The notes: generated by a model from the letters alone, not told the origin. Counted from the first letter of the whole stretch, positions 1 through 12,730 are shown. The stretch: 63,934 nt of DNA, filler included, from Vicugna vicugna (GCA_013265495.1; 77 parts of 75 records of this genome joined end to end with filler, not necessarily neighbours in it); one strand, 5' to 3'. Numbers and translations: made by a program.

Positions 1-1377
1 GTAGAGCACAGAATATAGAATATAGACTACAGAATGCAGAATATATAATATAGAGTTAGAATGATGAACAAAAAATATAGAGTATAGAATAGAGAATATA
101 GAACCCAGAATTAAGAACATAGAATGTAGAACACAGAATTTAGAATATAGAATACAGAATACTGAATTTCGAATATAAAATAATGAATGTAGAACACAGA
201 ATATGGAATGTAGAATACGGAATGCAGAATATTGAATACAGAATATAGAATGTAGAACACAGTATATAGAATATAGATTANNNNNNNNNNNNNNNNNNNN
301 NNNNNNNNNNNNNNNNNNNNNNNNNNNNNNNNNNNNNNNNNNNNNNNNNNNNNNNNNNNNNNNNNNNNNNNNNNNNNNNNNNNNNNNNNNNNNNNNNNNN
401 NNNNNNNNNNNNNNNNNNNNNNNNNNNNNNNNNNNNNNNNNNNNNNNNNNNNNNNNNNNNNNNNNNNNNNNNNNNNNNNNNNNNNNNNNNNNNNNNNNNN
501 NNNNNNNNNNNNNNNNNNNNNNNNNNNNNNNNNNNNNNNNNNNNNNNNNNNNNNNNNNNNNNNNNNNNNNNNNNNNNNNNNNNNNNNNNNNNNNNNNNNN
601 NNNNNNNNNNNNNNNNNNCTGAATATAGAATATAGGATATAGAATATATAACACAGAGTATAGAATATAGAATACGGAATACTGAATATAGAATATAGAA
701 TATAGAATATAGAACACAGAATATATAATGTAGAAAAAGGAATGCAGAATATAGAATACATTATATAGAATATAGAACATAGAATATAGAATATACAATA
801 GAGTATATGGAACCCAAAATTTAGAACATGGAATGCAGAACACAGAATTTAGAATATAGAATACAGAATACTGAATATAGAATTTAGAATATAGAATTTA
901 GAACACAGAATATGGAATGTAGAACACTGAAGGCAGAATATGGTATACAGATTATACAATGTAGAACACAGAATTTAAAATATGGAAAGCAGAATATAGA
1001 ACACGGAATTTAGAACAGGAATGCAGAACACAGANNNNNNNNNNNNNNNNNNNNNNNNNNNNNNNNNNNNNNNNNNNNNNNNNNNNNNNNNNNNNNNNNN
1101 NNNNNNNNNNNNNNNNNNNNNNNNNNNNNNNNNNNNNNNNNNNNNNNNNNNNNNNNNNNNNNNNNNNNNNNNNNNNNNNNNNNNNNNNNNNNNNNNNNNN
1201 NNNNNNNNNNNNNNNNNNNNNNNNNNNNNNNNNNNNNNNNNNNNNNNNNNNNNNNNNNNNNNNNNNNNNNNNNNNNNNNNNNNNNNNNNNNNNNNNNNNN
1301 NNNNNNNNNNNNNATATAGAATTTATAAATTGGGGAACACAGAATATATAATATAGACTACGAAATACAGAATATAG
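1..1377. repeat. Satellite A (heptamer AGAATAT/AGAACAC/AGAATTT-based)
   Basis: Continuous degenerate 7-bp nGAAYRY period, purine-rich on +. Confidence 0.95.
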
Positions 1378-1477
1378 NNNNNNNNNNNNNNNNNNNNNNN
1401 NNNNNNNNNNNNNNNNNNNNNTTAATTAATTAANNNNNNNNNNNNNNNNNNNNNNNNNNNNNNNNNNNNNNNNNNNN
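1378..1477. other. Artificial scaffold-joining linker (44 N + TTAATTAATTAA + 44 N); first of ~76 copies
   Basis: Same 100-bp structure recurs throughout (12-mer at 1422, 1967, 2830, 4351 ... 62182, 63084). The palindromic 12-mer gives stops in all six frames and separates unrelated sequences. Confidence 0.98.
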
Positions 1478-1922
1478 TTTTTCTGGGATCAAAGATTGAT
1501 TCTTGAACTGGTGATAGGAAGAAGCTACGAAGTCACTGTAAATATTTCAGAGTGCATATATAACATGTTTGGTGGTTGAAACATCAGTCATGCGCATGTT
1601 CACAACTCAGAAATGCATGTTTGAGGAATCCGTGACGCATGAAACATGTTCGTAATAAGATNNNNNNNNNNNNNNNNNNNNNNNNNNNNNNNNNNNNNNN
1701 NNNNNNNNNNNNNNNNNNNNNNNNNNNNNNNNNNNNNNNNNNNNNNNNNNNNNNNNNNNNNNNNNNNNNNNNNNNNNNNNNNNNNNNNNNNNNNNNNNNN
1801 NNNNNNNNNNNNNNNNNNNNNNNNNNNNNNNNNNNNNNNNNNNNNNNNNNNNNNNNNNNNNNNNNNTATAATTTCCGAATTCATCATACATGTAGCATGT
1901 ACGGAACCCAGAATGCCATGTT
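1478..1922. repeat. Satellite C (~740-bp trimer of ~245-bp subunits)
   Basis: Shares 'catcagtcatgcgcatgttcacaactcagaaatgcatgtttgaggaatccgt' with 12.4, 19.2, 28.6 and 40.1 kb. Confidence 0.92.
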
Positions 1923-2022
1923 NNNNNNNNNNNNNNNNNNNNNNNNNNNNNNNNNNNNNNNNNNNNTTAATTAATTAANNNNNNNNNNNNNNNNNNNNNN
2001 NNNNNNNNNNNNNNNNNNNNNN

Positions 2023-2115
2023 ATGCATGAGGTCCTGGGTTCAATCCCCAATGCCTCCATTTAAAAAGAAATAAATAAACATAATTATGCCCCCCCAAAA
2101 AAGAAAAAATAAATT
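2023..2115 (+). mobile_element. Camelid tRNA-derived SINE (Vic-1-like), 3' part
   Basis: 'atgcatgaggtcctgggttcaatcccca' B-box region followed by an A-rich tail with a C-run. Confidence 0.8.
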
Positions 2116-2329
2116 AACATGAGGATGAAGCTACAGAGTGATTATTTGTGTCTTCTGAAACTTCCTTCTGTCTTTCTGCAGGAAATTCTACGGAGAGAAA
2201 GTCAGAATCTACTATGCTTGGCTGGGCTATTACACTCACATGCGCCTCCTGGCAGCAGTCTTGGGGGTGACTTGCTTTCTGTGTGTATATTTTAATCAAA
2301 ATAACTGTACCTGTGGGTAACTTGTCTTT

Positions 2330-2785
2330 ATTCCTTGTTACCGTGCTTACTTAACTTAGAATGACATTCTCCAGGAGCATCCATGTTGCTGCAAATGGCC
2401 CTATGTTGTCAGTTTCATGACTGAGTAGTATTCCATTGTATAAATATATAACTTCTTTAGCCAGTCATCCGCTGATGGACATTTAGTTGTCAGTTTCATG
2501 ACTGAGTAGTATTCCATTGTATAAATATATAACTTCTTTAGCCAGTCATCCGCTGATGGACATTTAGGCTGTATCCATGTCTTGGCTACTGTAAATAGTG
2601 CTGCTATGAACATTGGGATGCAGGTGTCATCCTGAAGTAGGGTTCCTTCAGGATACATGCCCAGGAGCAGGATTCCTGGGTCATATGGCAAGTCTATTCC
2701 TAGACATTTGAGGGAACTCAATACTGTTTTCCATAGTGGTTGCACCAAACTGCATTCCCACCAGAAGTGTAGGAGGTTCCCCTTT
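2330..2785 (-). mobile_element. LINE-1 ORF2 3' fragment with internal 81-bp tandem duplication
   Basis: Minus [11 protein letters not shown]...[14 protein letters not shown]...MFIAALFTVAKTWIQPKCPS matches the L1 ORF2p C-terminus; 2405-2485 is repeated at 2486-2566. Confidence 0.93.
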
Positions 2786-2885
2786 NNNNNNNNNNNNNNN
2801 NNNNNNNNNNNNNNNNNNNNNNNNNNNNNTTAATTAATTAANNNNNNNNNNNNNNNNNNNNNNNNNNNNNNNNNNNNNNNNNNNN

Positions 2886-4306
2886 AACAAATTAAAATGA
2901 CACACTTGAAAATGCTTACTTTGTACAAAAGTGTAGTAATAGAGTAATGGGAAAAAATGACATATAGAAAGTAGACAGCAGATGTAACTTCAACCTGATA
3001 AGAAATTACATTAATGTAAATGAATTAAACATTCTAATCAAAATACTAAAGGCAGAAATAAATGGAATAGACAATAGATAAACAACAGAGAATAATCAAC
3101 AGAAGGAATAGTTGGTTCTTTGAAAAGATCAATAAAATTGACAAATTTTATCTAGTACAGAAAAAAAANNNNNNNNNNNNNNNNNNNNNNNNNNNNNNNN
3201 NNNNNNNNNNNNNNNNNNNNNNNNNNNNNNNNNNNNNNNNNNNNNNNNNNNNNNNNNNNNNNNNNNNNNNNNNNNNNNNNNNNNNNNNNNNNNNNNNNNN
3301 NNNNNNNNNNNNNNNNNNNNNNNNNNNNNNNNNNNNNNNNNNNNNNNNNNNNNNNNNNNNNNNNNNNNNNNNNNNNNNNNNNNNNNNNNNNNNNNNNNNN
3401 NNNNNNNNNNNNNNNNNNNNNNNNNNNNNNNNNNNNNNNNNNNNNNNNNNNNNNNNNNNNNNNNNNNNNNNNNNNNNNNNNNNNNNNNNNNNNNNNNNNN
3501 NNNNNNNNNNNNNNAACAAAAACAAAAATGCTTCACAAATTCATCTGAAAATAAAGAGGTGGGCACACTTCCCAATTCATTTAATGAGACTAGTATCACA
3601 CTAATACGAAAACCAGTCAAAGGCATCAAAAGAAAACTAAAGTCTATCTCTTATGAATATAAATGCAAAAATACTCAACAGAATACAAGCAAATCCAAAA
3701 CAGTAACATATAAAATAGACCACCATTAAGTGGGATGTATCCAGGTATGCAAAGGCAGTACAACATACAAAAGTCAATTCATGTAATACACCATATTAAT
3801 AGAATAATGGATAAAAACTAGGAATAGAACNNNNNNNNNNNNNNNNNNNNNNNNNNNNNNNNNNNNNNNNNNNNNNNNNNNNNNNNNNNNNNNNNNNNNN
3901 NNNNNNNNNNNNNNNNNNNNNNNNNNNNNNNNNNNNNNNNNNNNNNNNNNNNNNNNNNNNNNNNNNNNNNNNNNNNNNNNNNNNNNNNNNNNNNNNNNNN
4001 NNNNNNNNNNNNNNNNNNNNNNNNNNNNNNNNNNNNNNNNNNNNNNNNNNNNNNNNNNNNNNNNNNNNNNNNNNNNNNNNNNNNNNNNNNNNNNNNNNNN
4101 NNNNNNNNNNNNNNNNNNNNNNNNNNNNNNNNNNNNNNNNNNNNNNNNNNNNNNNNNNNNNNNNNNNNNNNNNNNNNNNNNNNNNNNNNNNNNNNNNNNN
4201 NNNNNNNNNNNNNNNNNNNNNNNNNNNNNNNNTTACAATAGTAAAGAATAAAATACTTAGGAATATTAAGAAAAATATGCGGAATACTGAGAAAAATATC
4301 TGAAAC
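2886..4306 (+). mobile_element. Old LINE-1 ORF2 fragments
   Basis: 'gttggttctttgaaaagatcaataaaattgacaaa' and 'acacttcccaattcatttaatgagactagtatcacactaatacgaaaacc' are L1 ORF2 hallmarks. Confidence 0.88.
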
Positions 4307-4407
4307 NNNNNNNNNNNNNNNNNNNNNNNNNNNNNNNNNNNNNNNNNNNNTTAATTAATTAANNNNNNNNNNNNNNNNNNNNNNNNNNNNNNNNNNNNNN
4401 NNNNNNA

Positions 4408-4700
4408 ATTGAATGTGACCTCAGACAGCTCGGTGGGTGCTGGGGCTGTTAGTAAAATGGGGAGTGTGGGAGATACCTGCCAGGAATGGAATTCCAGAGT
4501 AAATGGTGGACATGAGGCATTTTTAAGATGCCATTTGTCATCCAAGTTAGAACTTCAAAGAGGCACTCGGGTCGATGAGCGTGGGGCTCAGGTGAAGGAG
4601 CCGGACTAGAGATACACGTTGGGAGTCGTCATTCTTAGCTGGTGTTCACAGCCTTGCATGTGAATTAGATCATCTCGAAGACTGAGGCTGGGGCAGGGCT
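4408..4700 (-). mobile_element. LINE-2 fragment
   Basis: 'ggacatgagg...agatgccatttgtcatccaagttagaacttcaaagaggca...gctcaggtgaaggagccggactagagatacac' resembles antisense L2. Confidence 0.6.
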
Positions 4701-4988
4701 GTGTCTGGGTTGGAGGAAAGCCCAGACCATACAGCATTGGTGTGTCAGTCAGTGGCGTTTGCCATTGTCAAAGCAATGCCAGTTATCCTTAAGGGGCTGG
4801 GGGCTGGGCAGGGCCAGCCAGGAAGAAATCTGAAGGGAGGGTTATGGCCACATGTGCATCTTGGGAAGGTGCAGAGTCTGCAGGGTCCNNNNNNNNNNNN
4901 NNNNNNNNNNNNNNNNNNNNNNNNNNNNNNNNTTAATTAATTAANNNNNNNNNNNNNNNNNNNNNNNNNNNNNNNNNNNNNNNNNNNN

Positions 4989-5788
4989 AATCTAAATTCT
5001 GTGTTCTGCATTCCATCTTGTAAATTCTATATTTAGTATTCTCTAATGAATATTCTAAATTCTGTGTTCTGCATTCTATATTCAATATTCAGTATTCTAT
5101 ATTCTATAGTCTAAATTCTGTGTTCTGCATCCCATGTTCTATATTCTGCGTTCTGTGTTACGTTTCCATAATCTATATTCTGTGTTCTAAATCCTATATT
5201 CTGTATACTATATTCTGCATTCCGTAATCTATATTCTATATTCTGTGATCTACATTCAATATTCTAAATTCTATATTCAGTAATCTGTATAGTATATTCN
5301 NNNNNNNNNNNNNNNNNNNNNNNNNNNNNNNNNNNNNNNNNNNNNNNNNNNNNNNNNNNNNNNNNNNNNNNNNNNNNNNNNNNNNNNNNNNNNNNNNNNN
5401 NNNNNNNNNNNNNNNNNNNNNNNNNNNNNNNNNNNNNNNNNNNNNNNNNNNNNNNNNNNNNNNNNNNNNNNNNNNNNNNNNNNNNNNNNNNNNNNNNNNN
5501 NNNNNNNNNNNNNNNNNNNNNNNNNNNNNNNNNNNNNNNNNNNNNNNNNNNNNNNNNNNNNNATATTCTGTGTTCTACATTCTATATTCTAAATTGTATA
5601 TTCAGTATTCTGTATTCTATATACGAAATTGTGAGTTCTGCTTTCCATGTTCCAAAATCTGGCTTCAATATTCTTTAAGCTATATTTTTATTCTGTTTTC
5701 TGCATTCTATATTCTAAATTATATATTGAGTATTATGTATTTTTATTCTATATTCTGTGTTTTACATTCAATTTTTAAATTGTTTATT
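4989..5788. repeat. Satellite A (opposite orientation)
   Basis: (ATATTCT)n-type heptamer period. Confidence 0.95.
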
Positions 5789-5888
5789 NNNNNNNNNNNN
5801 NNNNNNNNNNNNNNNNNNNNNNNNNNNNNNNNTTAATTAATTAANNNNNNNNNNNNNNNNNNNNNNNNNNNNNNNNNNNNNNNNNNNN

Positions 5889-6639
5889 ACCAAAAATATT
5901 AAATATACTGCGACAACAGAGTATGAGTTTCTAATGGTACCTATTCTTTTTATCCAATATGAACAAACGTAACTCCATTTGCTCAGTACTGAGAGTTCAG
6001 ACTGTGTGGAAGCCATCAATAAACTAGCTTGAAGGGAACACAGAGTTTAATTCACTGGGAAAACAATCTACATACATATATATGGGGGAAATAGCTCAAC
6101 CCTGTTTTACAGTGAAAATTGCATGAACTTCAAATTGNNNNNNNNNNNNNNNNNNNNNNNNNNNNNNNNNNNNNNNNNNNNNNNNNNNNNNNNNNNNNNN
6201 NNNNNNNNNNNNNNNNNNNNNNNNNNNNNNNNNNNNNNNNNNNNNNNNNNNNNNNNNNNNNNNNNNNNNNNNNNNNNNNNNNNNNNNNNNNNNNNNNNNN
6301 NNNNNNNNNNNNNNNNNNNNNNNNNNNNNNNNNNNNNNNNNNNNNNNNNNNNNNNNNNNNNNNNNNNNNNNNNNNNNNNNNNNNNNNNNNNNNNNNNNNN
6401 NNNNNNNNNNNNNNNNNNNNNNNNNNNNNNNNNNNNNNNNNNNNNNNNNNNNNNNNNNNNNNNNNNNNNNNNNNNNNNNNNNNNNNNNNNNNNNNNNNNN
6501 NNNNNNNNNNNNNNNNNNNNNNNNNNNNNNNNNNNNNNNNNNNNNNNNNNNNNNNNNNNNNNNNNNNNNNNNNNNNNNNNNNNNNCCAACTCTCTTTAAT
6601 ATTGAAAATCGCAGGAATTTAAAATCGGCACTAAGAAAA
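5889..6639. repeat. Satellite D, diverged variant
   Basis: 'aactagcttgaagggaacacagagttt...catacatatatatggggga...gttttacagtgaaaa' shared with 9639-10324 and 37231-38013. Confidence 0.85.
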
Positions 6640-6739
6640 NNNNNNNNNNNNNNNNNNNNNNNNNNNNNNNNNNNNNNNNNNNNTTAATTAATTAANNNNN
6701 NNNNNNNNNNNNNNNNNNNNNNNNNNNNNNNNNNNNNNN

Positions 6740-7427
6740 AGAATATAGAAGCCAGAATTTAGAACATGGAATGCAGAACACAGAGTTTCGAATATAAAAA
6801 CAGAATACAGAATGTAGGATTTTGAATATAGAATGCAGAACACAGGATATATAATAGAGTATACAGAACCCAGAATTTAAAACATGGAAAACAGAACTCA
6901 GAATTTAGAATATAGAATACAGAATACTGAAGATAGAATTTAGAATATAGAATGCAGAACACAGAATATAGAATAAAGAATACAGAACCCAGAATTTAGA
7001 ACATGGAATGCAGAACACAAAATTTCGTATATAGAACACAAAACACTGAATATAGTATTTAGAACATAGAATGCGGAACACAGATTTTAGAATATAGAAT
7101 AGAGAATACTGAATATATAATTTTGAACATGGAATGCAGAACACAGTATTTAGAATATAGAATACAGCACGCTGAATATAGAATCTAGAATATAGAATGT
7201 ACAACACAAAATATAGAATATAGAATAAAGAATATTGAACCCAAAATTTTGAACATGGAATGCAGAACACAGAATTTAGAATATAGAATACAGAATACTG
7301 AATATAGAATTTAGAATATAGAATGTAGAACACAGTATAAAGAATATAGAATATGGAATGCAGAATATACACAATGTAGAATATATAATGAAAACACAAA
7401 ATATACAATATAGAATAGAGAATATAG
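6740..7427. repeat. Satellite A
   Basis: Heptamer period. Confidence 0.95.
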
Positions 7428-7527
7428 NNNNNNNNNNNNNNNNNNNNNNNNNNNNNNNNNNNNNNNNNNNNTTAATTAATTAANNNNNNNNNNNNNNNNN
7501 NNNNNNNNNNNNNNNNNNNNNNNNNNN

Positions 7528-8120
7528 ATATATATATAATATATACACAGAAGTCTTATAGACAAACAATAAATAACCTATTAACATAAAAATGGACCAA
7601 TAAACATATAAATTTTAAATTACTAGTTATCACTAAAATGAAAATTGAAAATAAAATCAAATCAAAGAAATGAAAACAAAGCATCAGAGAGTTACTGATT
7701 TTCTTTCATTACATTAGCAAAATTTTAAAAGATTGATAATATTCACCTTGATGAGAATACTGGGAAATAGGTTTTCTCAAAGATTACTGGGAATATAAGT
7801 TCATAAAGACTTTTTAAGTAGCAGTTTGACAATATCTATTAAAATTCTTATGTGTGTCTTAGATCAGGCAGTTTTACTTCTGGGATTATATTTCACTGAG
7901 AAACTTGTACATGAAGATACAGTACAAATTATTATAGTGATACTTGCAATAGATTAAAAATTAAAAATAAGAGAAACGTTCATCAATGGGGAAATCATTT
8001 ACTAAATTATGGTACATTTAAGCTATAGTATGCAGTTTATTGAAAAATCTTCTATAATCTACTCTGAGGTTAAAAACCCAAATCACAGAAAATACATATA
8101 GGATGACCCCATTTATGTAC
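7528..8120 (+). mobile_element. Ancient L1M 3' fragment
   Basis: 'agcagtttgacaatatctattaaaatt...ggcagttttacttctgggattatat...aaattatggtacattt' resembles an old L1 3' end. Confidence 0.65.
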
Positions 8121-8864
8121 ATGTATGTTAGTGTGTGTGTATGCACATGTGTGGGAGACACTAGCTTCCTCACAAGTATCCAGTTCCTCTAAGGTTCACA
8201 TGCACTTTCTTTTAGTGTTTCAGTACAACTAATTTTTTTTAACAAATCTTTTTACCTGAACTTTTCTTTTAGTAGATTTCTGTTCCTTGCAGGTAAATAA
8301 CCCCTAAGTCAAATTGAGTNNNNNNNNNNNNNNNNNNNNNNNNNNNNNNNNNNNNNNNNNNNNNNNNNNNNNNNNNNNNNNNNNNNNNNNNNNNNNNNNN
8401 NNNNNNNNNNNNNNNNNNNNNNNNNNNNNNNNNNNNNNNNNNNNNNNNNNNNNNNNNNNNNNNNNNNNNNAGGCATAGAAATTTAGTCTTTGAAAGAAGG
8501 AGAGTTACATTTTCTTTTGCCAGTAAGGGAGGAAGATAAATTTAGAACAAATGGTCAAAATTGCTCCCTGGTTTATATACNNNNNNNNNNNNNNNNNNNN
8601 NNNNNNNNNNNNNNNNNNNNNNNNTTAATTAATTAANNNNNNNNNNNNNNNNNNNNNNNNNNNNNNNNNNNNNNNNNNNNCAAAAGCTGGGTAATGTGAT
8701 CCGAGCTACAGTGGCCATGTGCAGATTCTGAGGACAAACTATACCATTGGATTTGCTTTGGCTTCCCTTGCTTTCTGGCTGGTACACACCAGGTCACCGC
8801 AACCCAGATGGGCCCGTAGAACACAGCAGAGTATGTACCTCGATCTCCTTTCCCCTCTTGGCAG

Positions 8865-9417
8865 GGCCTGCAACATGAGCATCCCTGACTATGTGCAGTG
8901 TGCTGAGGACCACCAGACTTGTCCCGTTGTGGTCCAATCCATAGAGATCATCTCAGAGGAGAATTTCTTTTGCATCTATCAGCTACTCACCTTGGTGAGC
9001 CATATCAGCCCATGATATCCACTACAGGCACCACTATGTGCCCGACAATGGGTGGAGCATCTTCCAGACCCACCGCTAGGTCGTGGGCCTTGTCACCATT
9101 ACCGACTGTCTCTCTGCCAAGGCCTTCGAGAAGCTCCACGTGCAGAGGAGCTGTATGGCACCTCGTTTAAAGACTCTTAGCTTTTTCTCTTTGTGCAGCA
9201 TGGGGAGGTAGCCGAGCAGCCGCGCACCGACGTTGCCTTCAAACTAAGAGGACTGCAGGGTGGTGGAGAAGAGGATCGAGGAATTCACTGACTCACTCTT
9301 CATCTTGCTCAAGTCCAAGTGGCTGGCTGGTGGCCCCAAGAAATCTGGGGACAAGATCTCCCTCCTCTGCATCCCGTTTGAGAAGGAGGACTACATGAGA
9401 CTGGACACAGACTGCAG
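8865..9417 (+). pseudogene. TRAPPC9: Degenerate genomic duplicate of the TRAPPC9 (NIBP) first coding exon, copy 1
   Basis: ATG 8875 [29 protein letters not shown]; later frames give [52 protein letters not shown]. Pyrimidine tract + AG ends at 8864, donor GTAAGT at 9418. Stops and frameshifts present. Confidence 0.93.
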
Positions 9418-9638
9418 GTAAGTTTACCTAGAGGACAGTCCACCCTGGCTGTGTGCCGGATTGCTTCCCTACATGCAGAAAGGGATCAACAAAGAAGAAG
9501 TCTGTCTTGTAGCCAAGGGGAGGGGAGGTGCAGCCCGCNNNNNNNNNNNNNNNNNNNNNNNNNNNNNNNNNNNNNNNNNNNNTTAATTAATTAANNNNNN
9601 NNNNNNNNNNNNNNNNNNNNNNNNNNNNNNNNNNNNNN

Positions 9639-10324
9639 TAAGTGTGTGTGAAAGCCGTCCTTCAACTAGCTTGAAGGGAAAAATAGTTTCTTTTCAGATT
9701 CAAACTCCAAACCATACATATATATGGGGAGGTACAAGCTCCAACTCGGTTTTAAAGTGAGAACGGCAGGCACTTCAAACCGGCACTAGGAAACATACTG
9801 AGAAACCTGAGTAAGTGTTTCTCCTGNNNNNNNNNNNNNNNNNNNNNNNNNNNNNNNNNNNNNNNNNNNNNNNNNNNNNNNNNNNNNNNNNNNNNNNNNN
9901 NNNNNNNNNNNTCAGCTATCTGGAACACAAAGTTTCTTTTCAGTTGCAAACTCCACTCCATACATATATATGGGGAGGTACAAGCTCCAACTCGATTTTA
10001 CAGTGAAAACGGCAGGCACTTCAAACCGGAACGGAACTNNNNNNNNNNNNNNNNNNNNNNNNNNNNNNNNNNNNNNNNNNNNNNNNNNNNNNNNNNNNNN
10101 NNNNNNNNNNNNNNNNNNNNNNNNNNNNNNNNNNNNNNNNNNNNNNNNNNNNNNNNNNNNNNNNNNNNNNNNNNNNNNNNNNNNNNNNNNNNNNNNNNCA
10201 GTTCTGAGAGTGTGTGTGAAAGCCGTCCTTCACCTAGCTTGAAGGGAACACAAAGCTTCTTTTCCGTTGCCAACTCCACTCCATACATATATATGGGGAG
10301 GTACAAGCTCCAACTCGGCTCGGT
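9639..10324. repeat. Satellite D (~249-bp monomer)
   Basis: Three partial copies of 'ccatacatatatatggggaggtacaagctccaactcg' within the scaffold. Confidence 0.92.
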
Positions 10325-10424
10325 NNNNNNNNNNNNNNNNNNNNNNNNNNNNNNNNNNNNNNNNNNNNTTAATTAATTAANNNNNNNNNNNNNNNNNNNN
10401 NNNNNNNNNNNNNNNNNNNNNNNN

Positions 10425-10767
10425 AGCTGCGTGGAGTTTTCTCACGAGCTCCCCCACGCACTGACATTGCTTCCGGAATCATGAGGTTGGGGAGGTTCCA
10501 CCAATGTTCGGCAGCGCGTGGGTTCTAACGGAATGCCTAAGCTCGTCTCCCCTGAGGGTTTTCCTAATGTCTCTGTGCCAGGGAATGCTAGGGGTGATTG
10601 CAGGATATCCCAGTGACCGAGGTTGCCTCCCAAAGGTCAGGGAATTATTTCCCGGACTTCCCCTGACAGGGAACTTCTGTGACTCAAGAGAGCTGCGTGG
10701 AGATGTCTCTCGAGCTCCCCAGCACACTGAAAATTGTTCCGGAATCCTGAGCGTGGGGAGGTTCCAC
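10425..10767. repeat. Satellite B (267-bp CpG-rich monomer)
   Basis: 'ttccggaatc.tgag..tgggga.gttccac' recurs one monomer apart. Confidence 0.95.
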
Positions 10768-10867
10768 NNNNNNNNNNNNNNNNNNNNNNNNNNNNNNNNN
10801 NNNNNNNNNNNTTAATTAATTAANNNNNNNNNNNNNNNNNNNNNNNNNNNNNNNNNNNNNNNNNNNN

Positions 10868-11271
10868 TCTATATTCTAAAAACTTTATTCAGTATTCTTT
10901 ATTCTATATTCTTAATTCTCTGTTCCGCATTCCATTTCTGAATTCTTGTTTGTATATTCTGTATTCTTTATTGTATATTTTGTGTTCTTCATTCTATAAT
11001 CAAACTACTATGTTCTCGATTCCGTAGTCTATATTCTATATTCTGTTTTATTCATTCTATATTCTGAATTCTATATACATTATTCTGAATTCTATATTCT
11101 AAATTCTATGTTCTGCATTAATTTTCTTAATTNNNNNNNNNNNNNNNNNNNNNNNNNNNNNNNNNNNNNNNNNNNNNNNNNNNNNNNNNNNNNNNNNNNN
11201 NNNNNNNNNGGTATTCTGTATTCCATATTCTATATTTTGTGTTCTATTTTCTATATTCTGTATTCTATATT
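10868..11271. repeat. Satellite A, diverged
   Basis: Heptamer period, pyrimidine strand. Confidence 0.9.
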
Positions 11272-11371
11272 NNNNNNNNNNNNNNNNNNNNNNNNNNNNN
11301 NNNNNNNNNNNNNNNTTAATTAATTAANNNNNNNNNNNNNNNNNNNNNNNNNNNNNNNNNNNNNNNNNNNN

Positions 11372-11869
11372 AAACCAGGATGGGGATTCCTCTAAAGAAT
11401 ATAAATAGACAACATATAAACCAACTATCCCAATTCTGGGTATATATCAAAGGGAACTCTAATTCAAAAAGACATCTGCACCAAAGTGTTCTTAGCAGGG
11501 CTATATACAACAGCCACGACATGGAAGCAACCTAATTGTCCAACAACAGATGACAGTATTCAGAAGTTATGCTGCATTTAATCAATGGAATAATATACTG
11601 CACTAAAAAATGATAAAACAATGACATTTACAGAAAAATGGATGTCCCCAAAAAGTGTCATTCTAATTGAAGTAAGCCAGAAAGAGAAAGAAAAATAACA
11701 CATAACATGCCATATGTGGAACCTTAAAACAAAAATTTGGTTGAGAAGACTATGGCTTCATCTACAAAACTGAAACACAGTCACAGATCTACTAAAACAA
11801 ATTTAAAATTACTGTGGAAATGGGCTGCGAGAGGATAAATCTGGGAGCTGTAGATTTATAAATGTTATC
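11372..11869 (+). mobile_element. LINE-1 ORF2 end/3'UTR fragment
   Basis: 'atggaagcaacctaattgtcc', 'attctaattgaagtaagccagaaagagaaagaaaaata'. Confidence 0.88.
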
Positions 11870-11969
11870 NNNNNNNNNNNNNNNNNNNNNNNNNNNNNNN
11901 NNNNNNNNNNNNNTTAATTAATTAANNNNNNNNNNNNNNNNNNNNNNNNNNNNNNNNNNNNNNNNNNNN

Positions 11970-12630
11970 CATGCTCATAAGTCAGAAACGCATGATTGCC
12001 AAATCCGTCATATACGTATAATGTACGGAACCCGGAATGCCATGTTGTTGGATTTCATGTAAATTAAATATCTGTTAGGTTGAAATTGCTCCAGAACTAT
12101 TTTTCTGTGAAAAAAGCACGAATTCGAAACTGGTTTTGGGGAAAGCTTGTGAAAATGTGTACACGACTCTAGATGAAAATATTCCTTTTATAGAGGATGA
12201 AAGATTAAAACTCAGGAATGTATGTTTGTCAAACCATTCATGTATGAACAATGAAATGAACACGGAATATAATGTAGATGGAATATATTCAAATTACATA
12301 TCTATAGGGTAGATTTCGCTCCAAGAATGTTTTTCTCGGATCAAAGTGTGATTCTTAAAACTGGTGACAGGAAGAAACTATGATGTCAAAGTAAATATTT
12401 CAGAGTGCATAGGTAACTTGTTTGGTGGTTGAAAAATCAGTCATGCGCATGTTCACAACTGAGAAATGCATGTTTGAGGAATCCGTGATGCATGAAACAT
12501 GTTCGTAGTACGGAATGCCATGGTTATGTAAACAATGTAATTTACATGTGTATTGGTGAGATTTCGCTCAAAGACAGTTTTCTGTAGCCAAATGTCTGAT
12601 TTTAGAACCTGGTGATAGGAAAAACCTATG
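11970..12630. repeat. Satellite C
   Basis: All three subunit types present, colinear with 28096-28712. Confidence 0.93.
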
Positions 12631-12730
12631 NNNNNNNNNNNNNNNNNNNNNNNNNNNNNNNNNNNNNNNNNNNNTTAATTAATTAANNNNNNNNNNNNNN
12701 NNNNNNNNNNNNNNNNNNNNNNNNNNNNNN

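Noticed and set aside
1..1377. Satellite A GAA arrays as heat-shock elements functionally linked to HSFY
   Set aside because: HSEs need inverted nGAAn pentamers; these are direct 7-bp repeats, and co-occurrence with HSFY comes from concatenation
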